Positions 32,713 through 42,834 are shown, numbered from the stretch's first letter. The stretch: 64,000 nt of DNA from an uncultured Gammaproteobacteria bacterium (GCA_964474445.1 CAYYSJ010000005.1:17835-81834); one strand, 5' to 3'. Notes: generated by a model not told the origin, from the sequence alone. Numbers and translations are program-made.

Positions 32713-33498
32713 ATGCTTGCTGTTATGATATATTTTTTTGTATTTATTGTTGGACTGTGTGTTGGTTCTTTTTTGAATGTTGTTATTGATAGAATCCCTC
32801 ACCATAGATCTATTGTGAAAGGAAGATCAGAGTGTGATTTTTGTCACCATACTCTTGCCTGGTATGATCTTATTCCTGTTTTCTCATTTGTCTTTCTCAG
32901 AGGTGCATGCAGATATTGCAAACACACGTTGTCACTTCAGTACCCGATTGTTGAAATACTTACCGGAGTATTATTTCTTGTGTCATACGTCTTACTACTA
33001 GGAAGTCCAGGTGTTTTTGCATTGGGAAAGTCGTTTCTTCTTTTGAGTCTTTTTGCAACATTTTTTGCTCTTTCTGTAATGGATATAAAATATGGAATAT
33101 TATCTGACACGTTAATCCTCTTTTCGGTAGGACTAACAGTTGGACTGTTGTTATTTTCTCCTGCGCTTTTTTTTGCACATCTTTTGGTTGGATTTGTGTG
33201 TTTGGGCGTATTATTGCTTCTTTTTCTTGTGACGAAAGGTCGAGGAATTGGGCTTGGTGATGTCAAACTAAGTTTTGTGATGGGACTATTGCTTGGATTC
33301 CCCTCAATTGTCGTTGCGTTCTATATAGCTTTCTTGACAGGTGCTTGTATTGCAATCATACTAATAGTAGCAAAGAAAAAAAAGCTGGTTGGAGGGACAA
33401 TAGCATTTGGTCCTTTCTTGCTTCTTGGGACATATATCAGCTGGTATTTTGGTAGCAGCGTATGGATGTTTTTTCTGCACATACTCGGCATTCTTTAG
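32713..33498 (+). CDS. pilD: Prepilin peptidase
   Basis: GSFLNVVI.R, two CxxC, GLGDVKL, FGPFL. Confidence 0.95.
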   Translation: MLAVMIYFFVFIVGLCVGSFLNVVIDRIPHHRSIVKGRSECDFCHHTLAWYDLIPVFSFVFLRGACRYCKHTLSLQYPIVEILTGVLFLVSYVLLLGSPGVFALGKSFLLLSLFATFFALSVMDIKYGILSDTLILFSVGLTVGLLLFSPALFFAHLLVGFVCLGVLLLLFLVTKGRGIGLGDVKLSFVMGLLLGFPSIVVAFYIAFLTGACIAIILIVAKKKKLVGGTIAFGPFLLLGTYISWYFGSSVWMFFLHILGIL

Positions 33499-34232
33499 AA
33501 AAAGGGTTTACGCTTATTGAACTATTAGTTGTTGTTGTCATGTTTGCAACACTACTTCTTGGTCTTATTGTTACCTTTAATCCACTCGGTCAGATCAATA
33601 AGGCAAAAAACCTTGATCGTGAACATAACCTTGACCAAATAAAATCAGCCTTGGATAGTTATTATAACGATAATGGGTGTTACCCAACTGCTCTCACGTT
33701 TGGGTCCATATGGCAAAATAACAATAGTGTCTATATGCCAAAAGTCCCCCAAGATCCTGATTTTGTCAGCGGCTCAACAAGCAATCTTCCCTACGTCTAT
33801 CAAACAGATGGGTCAAGTTGTCCTCAATGGAATGTGTTGTATGCGGGACTTCGGGTACCTATTAATATTTCACTTCCCTGTCCTCTTGCCAAAAGAACAG
33901 CATGTGTTCCCCAGGGATTTAACTCGTTCTATAATTTCTGTCTCTCCTCAGGAACGGTAAATTGTGCGTATATTGCCTCCACAAGTCTTCAGACAGGTCC
34001 TACTCCTACCCAACCTGCAACTCCTACACCAACTGTGGGTCCAACCCCAACTCCCTATATTGTTAATTGTCAAACAAACTATTATGCATGTACTGGAGAT
34101 AACAGGTGTAATGTCTTGAGTGTTGATCCTGTGTCGCATCAACCAACACAGTGTTTTGGCTATGGAGGGACGTACCAATGTTATTGTGATAATCTTTGTC
34201 GAGTAAATGGCGTGCTACAATGTGCACACTAA
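33462..34232 (+). CDS. Type IV pilin / GspG-like pseudopilin with PT linker and Cys-rich tail
   Basis: G|FTLIEL; AL..YY.D.G.YP; TPTQPATPTPTVGPTPTP. Confidence 0.85.
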   Translation: MDVFSAHTRHSLEKGFTLIELLVVVVMFATLLLGLIVTFNPLGQINKAKNLDREHNLDQIKSALDSYYNDNGCYPTALTFGSIWQNNNSVYMPKVPQDPDFVSGSTSNLPYVYQTDGSSCPQWNVLYAGLRVPINISLPCPLAKRTACVPQGFNSFYNFCLSSGTVNCAYIASTSLQTGPTPTQPATPTPTVGPTPTPYIVNCQTNYYACTGDNRCNVLSVDPVSHQPTQCFGYGGTYQCYCDNLCRVNGVLQCAH

Positions 34233-34241
34233 GCAATTGCT

Positions 34242-34841
34242 ATGAAAACAAAAAAACGAGTAGGACACTCCTTTATCACACGTAATCATCATGCTGGTTT
34301 TACCATGGTAGAACTGTTAATTAGTATTGGTGTGTTAGCAATACTTGCTGTGTTTGCATTAGCTGCAGTAAACCCGATTGATCAATTTAAAAAAGCAAGA
34401 GACTCGCAGAGAAAATCTGATTTAGCACAACTGCAAAAAGTTTTGGAACAATACTATCAAGACTGGGGACACTATCCTCCCAATAGCAATGCGTATCAAC
34501 TTGAGGATGAGAGAGCAAATCCCTATACTATCATTCCGTGGGGAGGGTCTGGAGGATGGACTCCCTATATTGATCTTGTTCCAAAAGATCCTGATCCTGC
34601 TCGTACGTATATCTATTACTCAACAAATAGCGGCCAAAAATATTATGTATATACCTCTCTGGAAAGAGGACCGCTTGATCCGACAACATGTATGGCAACA
34701 AATGCGCAGTGTAAGGCAAATCCTACAAGCACATTCTGTAATTGTACAGGTGCAACGAGTTTAACAACGCCGACATTTTGTGGGGCAACAACACTCCTTC
34801 CTTGTAATTATGGTGCGACAAGTTCAAACACGACACCCTAA
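34242..34841 (+). CDS. Type IV pilin / GspG-like
   Basis: G|FTMVEL; KARDSQRKSDL. Confidence 0.88.
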   Translation: MKTKKRVGHSFITRNHHAGFTMVELLISIGVLAILAVFALAAVNPIDQFKKARDSQRKSDLAQLQKVLEQYYQDWGHYPPNSNAYQLEDERANPYTIIPWGGSGGWTPYIDLVPKDPDPARTYIYYSTNSGQKYYVYTSLERGPLDPTTCMATNAQCKANPTSTFCNCTGATSLTTPTFCGATTLLPCNYGATSSNTTP

Positions 34842-34880
34842 GACGTTGACGATTTCTTTGTGACACTTTACTATAACAAT

Positions 34881-35387
34881 ATGAAGATAAAAAGAAAAAA
34901 CAGTATATACACTCGCTCACTCACGACGATACAACGAGGGTTTACTCTTGTTGAGCTGTTGATTGTTATTGCAATCATTGGCATTCTCTCAACACTGCTA
35001 ATGGCCAATTTTATCGGTATCAGACAACGAGCACGAGATGCGCAACGAAAATCTGATGTGCGACAAATCCAGTCAGCACTTGAGTTGTATAGAGCAGATA
35101 ATGGAAGTTACCCTGCACCGGCAGGGTCGAATGGGTTAACAACAAATTGCCCAAATCCAGCCGCCTTTACTGCAAACGGGACAACGTATATGGCTCAAAT
35201 CCCTTGTGATCCACTGGGAGCCTCTTTCTATCACTCAGGAAACTATTTTTATAAACTAACAACAGGTGGATATGAACTGGGTACATGTTTGGAAAATATA
35301 GCTGACAATGATTATTATTCTGGCAGTTTTGATGGAGCTGATAATTCTTGTACCACAGCACACTATTTTGTAAAAACAAACCCCTAA
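34881..35387 (+). CDS. Type IV pilin / GspG-like
   Basis: G|FTLVELLIVI; RARDAQRKSD. Confidence 0.88.
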   Translation: MKIKRKNSIYTRSLTTIQRGFTLVELLIVIAIIGILSTLLMANFIGIRQRARDAQRKSDVRQIQSALELYRADNGSYPAPAGSNGLTTNCPNPAAFTANGTTYMAQIPCDPLGASFYHSGNYFYKLTTGGYELGTCLENIADNDYYSGSFDGADNSCTTAHYFVKTNP

Positions 35388-35426
35388 TACATTGACGCAG
35401 AAGATCCAACCATTTACCATAGAATT

Positions 35427-35996
35427 ATGTTAGACAAAAAAGGAAGGACGTCTCAGTCGGGGTTCACTCTTATTGAGCTTATTATTGTCTTCACGCTTTT
35501 TACGCTTCTTTCAGGAGTTGGTGTTGCTTCCTTTGTTACCTATAGCAGAAGCCAGGCAGTTGATAATAGTATGAAAGAGCTAAAAACCACACTATTTACT
35601 GCCAGGTCGCGAGCACTTTCCCAGTTAAAAGATGCGAGTTGTGGAAGTTCAACAAATCTGCAACTTCTTGGATATGAGGTTGTTTTATGTACAGTTCCAG
35701 GTCATTCCCACCCTGCAAATGTTGCGTGTAATGCTGCCTCAAACTCCTATGAGTTACAAATTATTTGTGGAAAGCCAGATGGTTCAGGACAAATTGCAAC
35801 TACGGTGCTTGGAAAAAGTTTTATTGATCGAAATATCAGTTTTGATACAACCTCAACTGCAACGTATTTCTTTTTCACATCAATAACAGCATCTGTTATA
35901 TCAGATAATGCAAGTGGTGGAAACCCAACAGCTGTTATCAATGGCTATTCTCTGAAAAAATCGGTAAATGTATCCCAGACTGGAGTTATTCAATGA
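35427..35996 (+). CDS. Minor pilin (FimT/GspH-like)
   Basis: G|FTLIEL; ARSRALS. Confidence 0.85.
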   Translation: MLDKKGRTSQSGFTLIELIIVFTLFTLLSGVGVASFVTYSRSQAVDNSMKELKTTLFTARSRALSQLKDASCGSSTNLQLLGYEVVLCTVPGHSHPANVACNAASNSYELQIICGKPDGSGQIATTVLGKSFIDRNISFDTTSTATYFFFTSITASVISDNASGGNPTAVINGYSLKKSVNVSQTGVIQ

Positions 35997-36526
35997 TCAG
36001 AAATGAACGTGGCCAGACTCTTATTGAAGTATTAGTAGGACTTGCCGCTGCTGTGATTGTTATTGCAGCAATTACTGTTGCTGCTGTTTCCTCTTTAAAT
36101 AATGCTGAATATAGTCGTGACCAGAGTTTAGCAACTCAGTATACGCAAGAAGGCATTGAGGTTGTCAGAAATATGCGAGATCAGAATATCTCTTCAATCA
36201 GTTCTTCCTCTCTTCCTGATGGCACCTATTGTATGGCAAAAGGGTGTCAGTCAATAACGCCAAACGCTGGAAATTGTGGACCACGAAGTGGAAACCGCTG
36301 TAGTCAAAATGTCAATAATTTTGTTCGAGAAATCACCATCCTTCACAATGATAGTACGTGTAATGGCAATGGACCAACCCCGAACCCTACGCCAACGCCG
36401 ACGTTAAAAATAACAGCGGTAACGTACTGGGGTGATACGAAATGTACAAGTTCGACAAATCCATTTTGTCATAGCGTTATCTCAACATCATGTCTTTCTG
36501 ATTTTACGATTGTCCCAACGCCATAA
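35993..36526 (+). CDS. Minor pilin (PilV-like)
   Basis: G|QTLIEV; A..Y.QEGIE.VR. Confidence 0.85.
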   Translation: MIRNERGQTLIEVLVGLAAAVIVIAAITVAAVSSLNNAEYSRDQSLATQYTQEGIEVVRNMRDQNISSISSSSLPDGTYCMAKGCQSITPNAGNCGPRSGNRCSQNVNNFVREITILHNDSTCNGNGPTPNPTPTPTLKITAVTYWGDTKCTSSTNPFCHSVISTSCLSDFTIVPTP

Positions 36527-36528
36527 CT

Positions 36529-37086
36529 ATGAAAATTTCTCGACATGTTTTTCGTTTACCAAGGCAAGAGGCTGGTTTTACTCTTGTTGAGATGCTTGCT
36601 GTCATGGTTGTTTTTATTATTGTTGGGAGCATTATGCTCTCTATCCTCGTGACAACATTCAGAACATCTCAAAAAACAGATACCCTGACGCAAGTCAGAG
36701 AAAATGGCAACTATGTTCTTACCCAAATGGCAAAAACAATTCGCAGTGCGACAGGTCTTGTTGCTCCTTTCCCCTGTGTGACCCCAGTCATAACAAGTAC
36801 CCTAACCGTTCTGACGCCTGATCATAATCAGATTATCTATGATTGTACGATCCCACCCAGTCCAACTCCTGCCACGATTGCATCAAACAGTGCATCTGTC
36901 CTGGATACCTCAGCCGTTACATTAACCGCCTGTAGCTTTACGTGTACACAAAATAGTAAAAGCGAATTGCCTATCATACAAATCAATTTTTCGCTCAAAC
37001 AGCAAAGTAGTAGTACCTTTGTTGAAAAAACCGTTTCCACTGTTTCTTTCCAAACATCCGTTGTTATGAGAAACATCATTCGCTAG
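36529..37086 (+). CDS. Minor pilin (PilW-like)
   Basis: G|FTLVEML; M.K.IR.A; C-terminal FQTSV.MRN. Confidence 0.85.
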   Translation: MKISRHVFRLPRQEAGFTLVEMLAVMVVFIIVGSIMLSILVTTFRTSQKTDTLTQVRENGNYVLTQMAKTIRSATGLVAPFPCVTPVITSTLTVLTPDHNQIIYDCTIPPSPTPATIASNSASVLDTSAVTLTACSFTCTQNSKSELPIIQINFSLKQQSSSTFVEKTVSTVSFQTSVVMRNIIR

Positions 37087-37133
37087 CTACCTTTGCAATT
37101 GACAGGCTCTTTCACTCTTGTTACTCTAGAAGT

Positions 37134-38033
37134 ATGGTATTTCTTACCGAGTTTTTCCGTAGTCGTGAACAAGAAAAAGGACAAGCACTCTTAATTGTTG
37201 TCCTCGTGATTGTGGTGACCTTAACCGTTGGTCTCTCATTGGCCTCGCGCAGTATTGTCCAGCTTCGCAATACAACGGATGAGGCAAATTCCCAAGCAGC
37301 ATTTTCTGCAGCCGAAGCAGGGGTTGAGCAAGCAACCAAATTAGGAAACGTCAATGGCAGTGGCGTTATTAGTGGCATCAATTTGAATGATAAAAATAAT
37401 TCTCAAATTAGTACTGTTGATGTCACTATTATGAAAGCAGATAGTGTGTTAATCAACAATGGCACTCCTCTATTTCAAGATAATGGAGCTGACTTGTGGT
37501 TAACTCCTTACGATACAAACCAGGCAAACCTCTTTGATAGCACGAAAGCGTTCAACGGGACATTAACCATCTATTGGGGAACAAATACCAATCCTTGTGT
37601 AGATCCTGCAGTTGAAATCCTTATTATCTCAGGAACAAGAACAAGTCCGACGCTGAGTAAATATGCCTATGACCAATGTGGGTCAAATAGTACCCAACCT
37701 CTCAAAAGAGCAAATGGATTTCCTGATGCCCCTCAAAAAGTAACCTCCCAGACACAATCTGCCTTTACCATTAGTGGAACAAACGGTTCTACAGTGTTTA
37801 ACTATAAAGCACAAATTGCTGTTGGTAGTGGTCTTATTGCTCGCATTATTCCACTCTACAATTCAGGCCAAGTTGGAGCATCTGGTATTGGTTTACCAGA
37901 TCAGGGGAAAATTATCACATCAACGGGAACAGCAGGCATTTCAAACCAACAAGTTGTGCGAAAAGTAGGCTTTTTCCAAGGACATGAGCAATTGCCCATT
38001 CAATTTTACTACTCACTTTTTACATCACGATAA
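37134..38033 (+). CDS. Minor pilin (PilX-like)
   Basis: G|QALLIVV without Glu5; AFSAAEAGVE. Confidence 0.85.
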   Translation: MVFLTEFFRSREQEKGQALLIVVLVIVVTLTVGLSLASRSIVQLRNTTDEANSQAAFSAAEAGVEQATKLGNVNGSGVISGINLNDKNNSQISTVDVTIMKADSVLINNGTPLFQDNGADLWLTPYDTNQANLFDSTKAFNGTLTIYWGTNTNPCVDPAVEILIISGTRTSPTLSKYAYDQCGSNSTQPLKRANGFPDAPQKVTSQTQSAFTISGTNGSTVFNYKAQIAVGSGLIARIIPLYNSGQVGASGIGLPDQGKIITSTGTAGISNQQVVRKVGFFQGHEQLPIQFYYSLFTSR

Positions 38034-39055
38034 TGAAACAAAAAGCATTTGGACTCGATATTGGGACAAACAGTATAAAAGTAGTATGGCTTTCTCGTGA
38101 ATCAAAAGGATTTTTTTTGCAAGCTGCCCAAGTAATCCCTACTCCACTTCGTGGCATGCTATCTGAATCACCACTGGATCAGGAAGAAATGGCAAAAGCA
38201 ATTCGTGCGATTGTCACTGAATCAAGAATTTCAACGAGATACGTCAATATTGCGCTTCCTGAGAATCAAGTATATACCCGTGTCATTGATATGCCTCCGC
38301 TGTCTGATAAAGAACTTTCCAGTGCAATTTATTGGGAAGCAGAACAATATATCCCTGTTCCGCTGCCAACAATTACCCTTGATTATAAAGTGTTACGGCG
38401 TCCTCAACCAGGAAGCATGGAAAAGATGCAAGTTTTGTTAGTAGGAGCACCAACTGCAATTATTGATAAATACGAATCTGTTTTAAATCTTGCAGGATTA
38501 TCAATCAATGCTGTTGAAACAGAACTGCTCTCTTTAGTTAGAGCACTTGTGGTTGATGAGAAATTTCCCGCATCTCTCATTGTTGCTATTGGAGCGGTAA
38601 GTACGTCTCTTGCCATCATTCATGACAACATGCTTGTATTTACCTATTCATTGCCAACAGGAGGTGTTGCCCTGAGCCGTGCGATTGCTGCAGATTTTGG
38701 CTTTGCGATACAACAAGCAGAAGAATATAAAAAAGTGTACGGGTTAGCAGATCAGAATATTGGAGGGAAAATTGGCAAGGTTACTGAACCAATTCTTTCA
38801 TCTATTTTAACAGAAATGAAAAAGGCATTAGCATTCTATGGGAATAAATACCCTACTGATCCTATCAAGCAACTTATTATCTCAGGAGGGACAGCACGCT
38901 TGCCTGGTCTTGCCACTTATTTTACTGCCAATACTGGTATTGAAACAGCAATAGCAAATCCGTGGAAAATTTTAGTAGAGCAAGAAGTGCCAAAAGATAT
39001 TATTGAAAATGCTTCTGAGTATAGCATTGCAGTTGGCCTTGCAATGAGAGATTAA
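38033..39055 (+). CDS. pilM: Type IV pilus assembly protein PilM
   Basis: GLDIGTNSIK, EAEQYIP, ISGGTA..PGL, AVGLAMR. Confidence 0.93.
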   Translation: MKQKAFGLDIGTNSIKVVWLSRESKGFFLQAAQVIPTPLRGMLSESPLDQEEMAKAIRAIVTESRISTRYVNIALPENQVYTRVIDMPPLSDKELSSAIYWEAEQYIPVPLPTITLDYKVLRRPQPGSMEKMQVLLVGAPTAIIDKYESVLNLAGLSINAVETELLSLVRALVVDEKFPASLIVAIGAVSTSLAIIHDNMLVFTYSLPTGGVALSRAIAADFGFAIQQAEEYKKVYGLADQNIGGKIGKVTEPILSSILTEMKKALAFYGNKYPTDPIKQLIISGGTARLPGLATYFTANTGIETAIANPWKILVEQEVPKDIIENASEYSIAVGLAMRD

Positions 39056-39059
39056 TGGT

Positions 39060-39596
39060 ATGAGTAATGATATTAACCTGCTCTCACATCAGAGTAAAAC
39101 ACGTTTTTCACAGGAGCAAATCCTTGCTTACAGTAAGGTAGCAGCAATCATATGCAGTATCCTTACTGTTTCACTGGCACTGATGCTGTTTCTTCTCAAT
39201 CGTGACCCTACTCTTTCGCAACTGCAAGGACAGCAACAAACGGTTTTGGCAGAGTTAACGATTCTTCACAGTAAGACGGCAAAAGATTTAATTATTCTGG
39301 ATAGAGTAAAACGTATTGTACAAATTAATCAACAAAGAAGTTCTCTTGGACAAAAAGTAACAGATATCCAAAAACAACTTCCCAGTGGTATATCGATCTC
39401 ATCATTCACTCTTGATAGTAAACACGTTAATCTCACTATTACTTCATCATCGCTTGTTCCCATGGGGACGTTTATTAACAATCTGACACAGGCAATTAAC
39501 AATAAAACGTTGTTGAAACAACTAACAATTCAAGGAATTATCTCTGATGAAAAAACAGGCACGTATTTACTGAGTATTACCGGTGATTTATTATGA
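39060..39596 (+). CDS. pilN: PilN-like protein
   Basis: INLL motif plus TM, directly after pilM. Confidence 0.8.
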   Translation: MSNDINLLSHQSKTRFSQEQILAYSKVAAIICSILTVSLALMLFLLNRDPTLSQLQGQQQTVLAELTILHSKTAKDLIILDRVKRIVQINQQRSSLGQKVTDIQKQLPSGISISSFTLDSKHVNLTITSSSLVPMGTFINNLTQAINNKTLLKQLTIQGIISDEKTGTYLLSITGDLL

Positions 39597-40312
39597 GCGC
39601 ACTTAATCCAAAAGTTTCGTTAGACCAACTTGTTCTGAAAGCTCTGTACTATCGGTACAAGAACTTTCTTGTTCCTATGGGGACAATTGCAGTATGTGTT
39701 CTGTTGTTTCTGTTTATCATTATCCCCCAAATACAAGCATGGTTTGCCATGAAGGATGAAATATCAGTTGATACGCAAAAACTTCAAACGTTAAAACAAA
39801 ACCTGCAAACAATCTCCCGTCTTGATGATGGACAATTAGATACGTATTTAACAACAGCATCCAATGCCCTTCCAACAGACAAAGACTTTGGGAGCATCTT
39901 ACAAACATTGGCAGCTGCGGCAGCAACTGCAGGGACAAGTTTAGGAGACTATAACTTCCAAATAGGAGATTTAGTCAGTCCAGACACAAAAACTACTGGG
40001 GGTCAGATTCCTCTTGAATTATCGATTAATCTTAAGGGAGATGTCACAACAGGGAAACAATTTATCGATGCGTTGAAAGCACAGCTGCCTATTTCTGATG
40101 TGACATTAATGAATGTCAATGCAAACGGAACAATCAATATCACTCTTGTCTTCTATTATGCTCCACTGCCAAAGATTACGTTTGATGATTCTGTACCATT
40201 ACAAACGCTTTCTGCAAAGGATCAAGCTATGTTACAACTTCTTGCAACACCTCAGGTAACACCATTGATTACGCAGCCTCCTGCTACTACATCAGCAAAA
40301 CTTACTCAGTAG
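39593..40312 (+). CDS. pilO: PilO-like protein
   Basis: TM, coiled coil, ALP motif, position after pilN. Confidence 0.75.
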   Translation: MSALNPKVSLDQLVLKALYYRYKNFLVPMGTIAVCVLLFLFIIIPQIQAWFAMKDEISVDTQKLQTLKQNLQTISRLDDGQLDTYLTTASNALPTDKDFGSILQTLAAAAATAGTSLGDYNFQIGDLVSPDTKTTGGQIPLELSINLKGDVTTGKQFIDALKAQLPISDVTLMNVNANGTINITLVFYYAPLPKITFDDSVPLQTLSAKDQAMLQLLATPQVTPLITQPPATTSAKLTQ

Positions 40313-41000
40313 AGGTAAGATCGGGGCGATACTGTTTCGTTAGTTTTTTTGCTTCTTCTTTTTTCCACTCTTCTATTTTTTTATGATCTCCCGAAACGAG
40401 AATATCAGGTACTTTCATCCCTTTATATTCCCTTGGTGTTGTATATTGTGGGTATTCAAGGAGAATATTCCCTTCTTTATCGGTACTAAATGATTCATAA
40501 AACGTGGCGTCTTCTTTAAGAACTCCTGGGACAAGTCTACTCACTGCATCAGTAATAAGCATTGCAGGAATTTCTCCACCGGTGAGAACAAAGTCCCCTA
40601 TGGAAATTGTTTCATCAACCAGACTCCTCACCCGTTCATCAACGCCTTCATAATGAGCACACAAAAGAATAAGGTGTTTAAGCTCTGAGAATTCTTGTGC
40701 TTTTGCTTGTTTGAAGGTTTCTCCCCGTGGGTCCAAAAGGACTACTTTCTGTTCTTGGCTACTGAATGTGGGATCTTTTACTGCCTGTATTGTCTGATCA
40801 AGAATATCAACTTTCATGACCATTCCGACTCCCCCACCGTATGCCCTGTCATCCACAACTTTATGACGTCCAATACCAAAATCTCGAATATTAACAAAAT
40901 TTATTTCTAAAAGCCCTTTTTCTTGTGCTCTTTTCAGAATTGACTCTGAAAAAGGTCCCTCAAACATGTCAGGAAAAAGTGTCAAAATGGTGATTTTCAT
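40302..41000 (-). CDS. trmD: tRNA (guanine37-N1)-methyltransferase
   Basis: VDDRAYGGG.GM, YEGVDER, SIGDFVLTGGE. Confidence 0.97.
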   Translation of the reverse strand: MKITILTLFPDMFEGPFSESILKRAQEKGLLEINFVNIRDFGIGRHKVVDDRAYGGGVGMVMKVDILDQTIQAVKDPTFSSQEQKVVLLDPRGETFKQAKAQEFSELKHLILLCAHYEGVDERVRSLVDETISIGDFVLTGGEIPAMLITDAVSRLVPGVLKEDATFYESFSTDKEGNILLEYPQYTTPREYKGMKVPDILVSGDHKKIEEWKKEEAKKLTKQYRPDLTSTE

Positions 41001-41041
41001 AATGGTATTGTACCAAAGTGGGGAAATTATTGGATGTGGAA

Positions 41042-41272
41042 TTATTCTCCGAGCTGGATTTGCACTTTTTTGTGTTCTTTCATTGCAGGGATCTTCATGA
41101 CATTGCGGATAGAGCGGATAACTTTGCCTTGCTTTCCAATAAGCTTACCCATATCTTCTTTTGCTGCGTGGATTGTGTAAGTGACAACACCATCAACATC
41201 TTCTTCATCAACGGTGATTGCATCTGGAGAGTCAACTATTGCTTTAACGATGTATTCGAGTACGTCTTTCAT
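41042..41272 (-). CDS. khpA: KH-domain RNA-binding protein
   Basis: DMGKLIGKQGKVIRSIR; rpsP-khpA-trmD synteny. Confidence 0.9.
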   Translation of the reverse strand: MKDVLEYIVKAIVDSPDAITVDEEDVDGVVTYTIHAAKEDMGKLIGKQGKVIRSIRNVMKIPAMKEHKKVQIQLGE

Positions 41273-41502
41273 TATTTTTTCTCAATGAGCTTTTTTACTG
41301 TTGCTGAAGGTTGTGCACCTTGAGACAACCAGTATGTTATTCGTTCCATGTTGATATCTTTTTGTGTCCCTTTGGTTGTTTTGGTAACCCATCCAAGGTA
41401 TTCTGCTGGACTACCGTCTCTTCGATATCGTTTTTCTGTGACAACGAGTCGGTATTTTGCTTCGCCTTTATGTCCTGTTTTTGTAAGTCTAAGTACTAAC
41501 AT
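41272..41502 (-). CDS. rpsP: 30S ribosomal protein S16
   Basis: MLVLRL..G.K..YRLVV..RRDG, YWLSQGAQPS; start corrected to 41502. Confidence 0.95.
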   Translation of the reverse strand: MLVLRLTKTGHKGEAKYRLVVTEKRYRRDGSPAEYLGWVTKTTKGTQKDINMERITYWLSQGAQPSATVKKLIEKK

Positions 41503-41518
41503 ATCTATATTATACCAT

Positions 41519-42181
41519 TTACTTCCCCTTCTTCTCAAGGGCTTGTTTCGCTGCGTTTTCTTCTGCTTCTTGCTTTGATTTTCCTTTTCCTTCGCCAAGG
41601 AGGACGTCCTTCACATACACGCCTACGGTAAATACCTTTGCGTGTGAAGGGCCTTCTTCAGTTATCACTTTATATACAGGTGAAGCATGTGTTTGAGCCT
41701 GCATTTGTTCCTGGAACAGACTTTTTGGATCTTTAAAGTTCTTTTTTGCAACAATTGCGTCCATTTTTGGGAACAGTGTTTCTTTGATAAAGTGTTCTAC
41801 GACCTCTATTCCTTGATCTAGGAAGAGAGCTCCGATAAATGCTTCAAATGAATCAGCAAGAAGACTTTGGTTTTCCCGTCCTTTTGCATCTTCTTCTCCT
41901 TTAGAGAGTTTCAGGTATTCACCAAACCCTAATTCCTTTGCTGTTTCGGCTAAGGTTTTGGTATTGACCAGAAGGGACCTGATATTGGTGAGGGTTCCTT
42001 CATGATATTCTGGATATTTTCGAAACAGTTCTTGGGAAACAATGTAGGAAAGGATACTATCCCCTAAAAATTCGAGTCGTTCATTAGAATCAACTTTTTG
42101 CTTTGACTCATTAAGATATGACCTATGGGTAAAGGCTTGATGGAATAAGCTTTGGTTTTTAAATGTTGGTAATTGTGTCAT
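41519..42181 (-). CDS. rnc: Ribonuclease III
   Basis: THRSY, NERLEFLGDS, C-terminal dsRBD. Confidence 0.97.
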   Translation of the reverse strand: MTQLPTFKNQSLFHQAFTHRSYLNESKQKVDSNERLEFLGDSILSYIVSQELFRKYPEYHEGTLTNIRSLLVNTKTLAETAKELGFGEYLKLSKGEEDAKGRENQSLLADSFEAFIGALFLDQGIEVVEHFIKETLFPKMDAIVAKKNFKDPKSLFQEQMQAQTHASPVYKVITEEGPSHAKVFTVGVYVKDVLLGEGKGKSKQEAEENAAKQALEKKGK

Positions 42182-42525
42182 TTTTTTACAAAGTGATCTA
42201 AAGCCCCATTCACAAAGGCTGAGCTGCTTTGGCCTCCATATTCCTTTGCAAGCTCAATTGCTTCATCGATAACGACTTTTGCAGGCTCTTTTTTGATCAA
42301 AAGGAGCTCATAGAAAGCTAGTCGCAAAATTGCTAAATCCACCTTGTTAATCTTCTCTATTGGAAATTCAGGGGCAGCTTTTACGATTTCACTATCTAAA
42401 AAATCTTTTTGTTCAAGGATTTTTTGTGCTTCTTGATCTATTTTTTGTGGATGGAAATCACCTTTGAAGAGTTCTTCAACCAACAATTGTCGACGAATAT
42501 GTCGTGGATCAAGAGGATTTTTCAT
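42178..42525 (-). CDS. nusB: Transcription antitermination factor NusB
   Basis: VDLAILRLA.YE, IDEAIELAK, FVNGALD. Confidence 0.93.
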   Translation of the reverse strand: MKNPLDPRHIRRQLLVEELFKGDFHPQKIDQEAQKILEQKDFLDSEIVKAAPEFPIEKINKVDLAILRLAFYELLLIKKEPAKVVIDEAIELAKEYGGQSSSAFVNGALDHFVKK

Positions 42526-42535
42526 GAGATCCTTA

Positions 42536-42739
42536 TTAATTTCGTGTTACTTTTGCTCGTGTAGAAGTTTTAACAACCTGTGTCCCCTTATAAAATCCGC
42601 ATGTTGCGCAGACTCTATGAGGCACCATTGCGCTTCCACAATTTGGACAAGTAACAACTTTGGTAACTGCAAGTTTAATACTTGCTCGTCTTTTGCCTTT
42701 TCTTTGAATTGAATGTCTTCGTTTCGGTTCGTGTGGCAT
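42536..42739 (-). CDS. rpmF: 50S ribosomal protein L32
   Basis: PKRRHS, CPNCG..PHRVC..CGFY; start corrected to MPHEPK. Confidence 0.95.
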   Translation of the reverse strand: MPHEPKRRHSIQRKGKRRASIKLAVTKVVTCPNCGSAMVPHRVCATCGFYKGTQVVKTSTRAKVTRN

Positions 42740-42834
42740 AGGTTTTAATAGTATCTGTATTTTACTCGATTTTACCAATTTCTGCAAGCTTGGAGTTCTG
42801 AAGACACGTTAACACATGGACAGAAGAGATGCCA

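Noticed and set aside
41503-41598. N-terminally extended S16 (108 aa); likewise extended L32, GyrB and HolB
   Set aside because: Longest-ORF artefacts; canonical starts lie downstream, mostly with adjacent promoter motifs.
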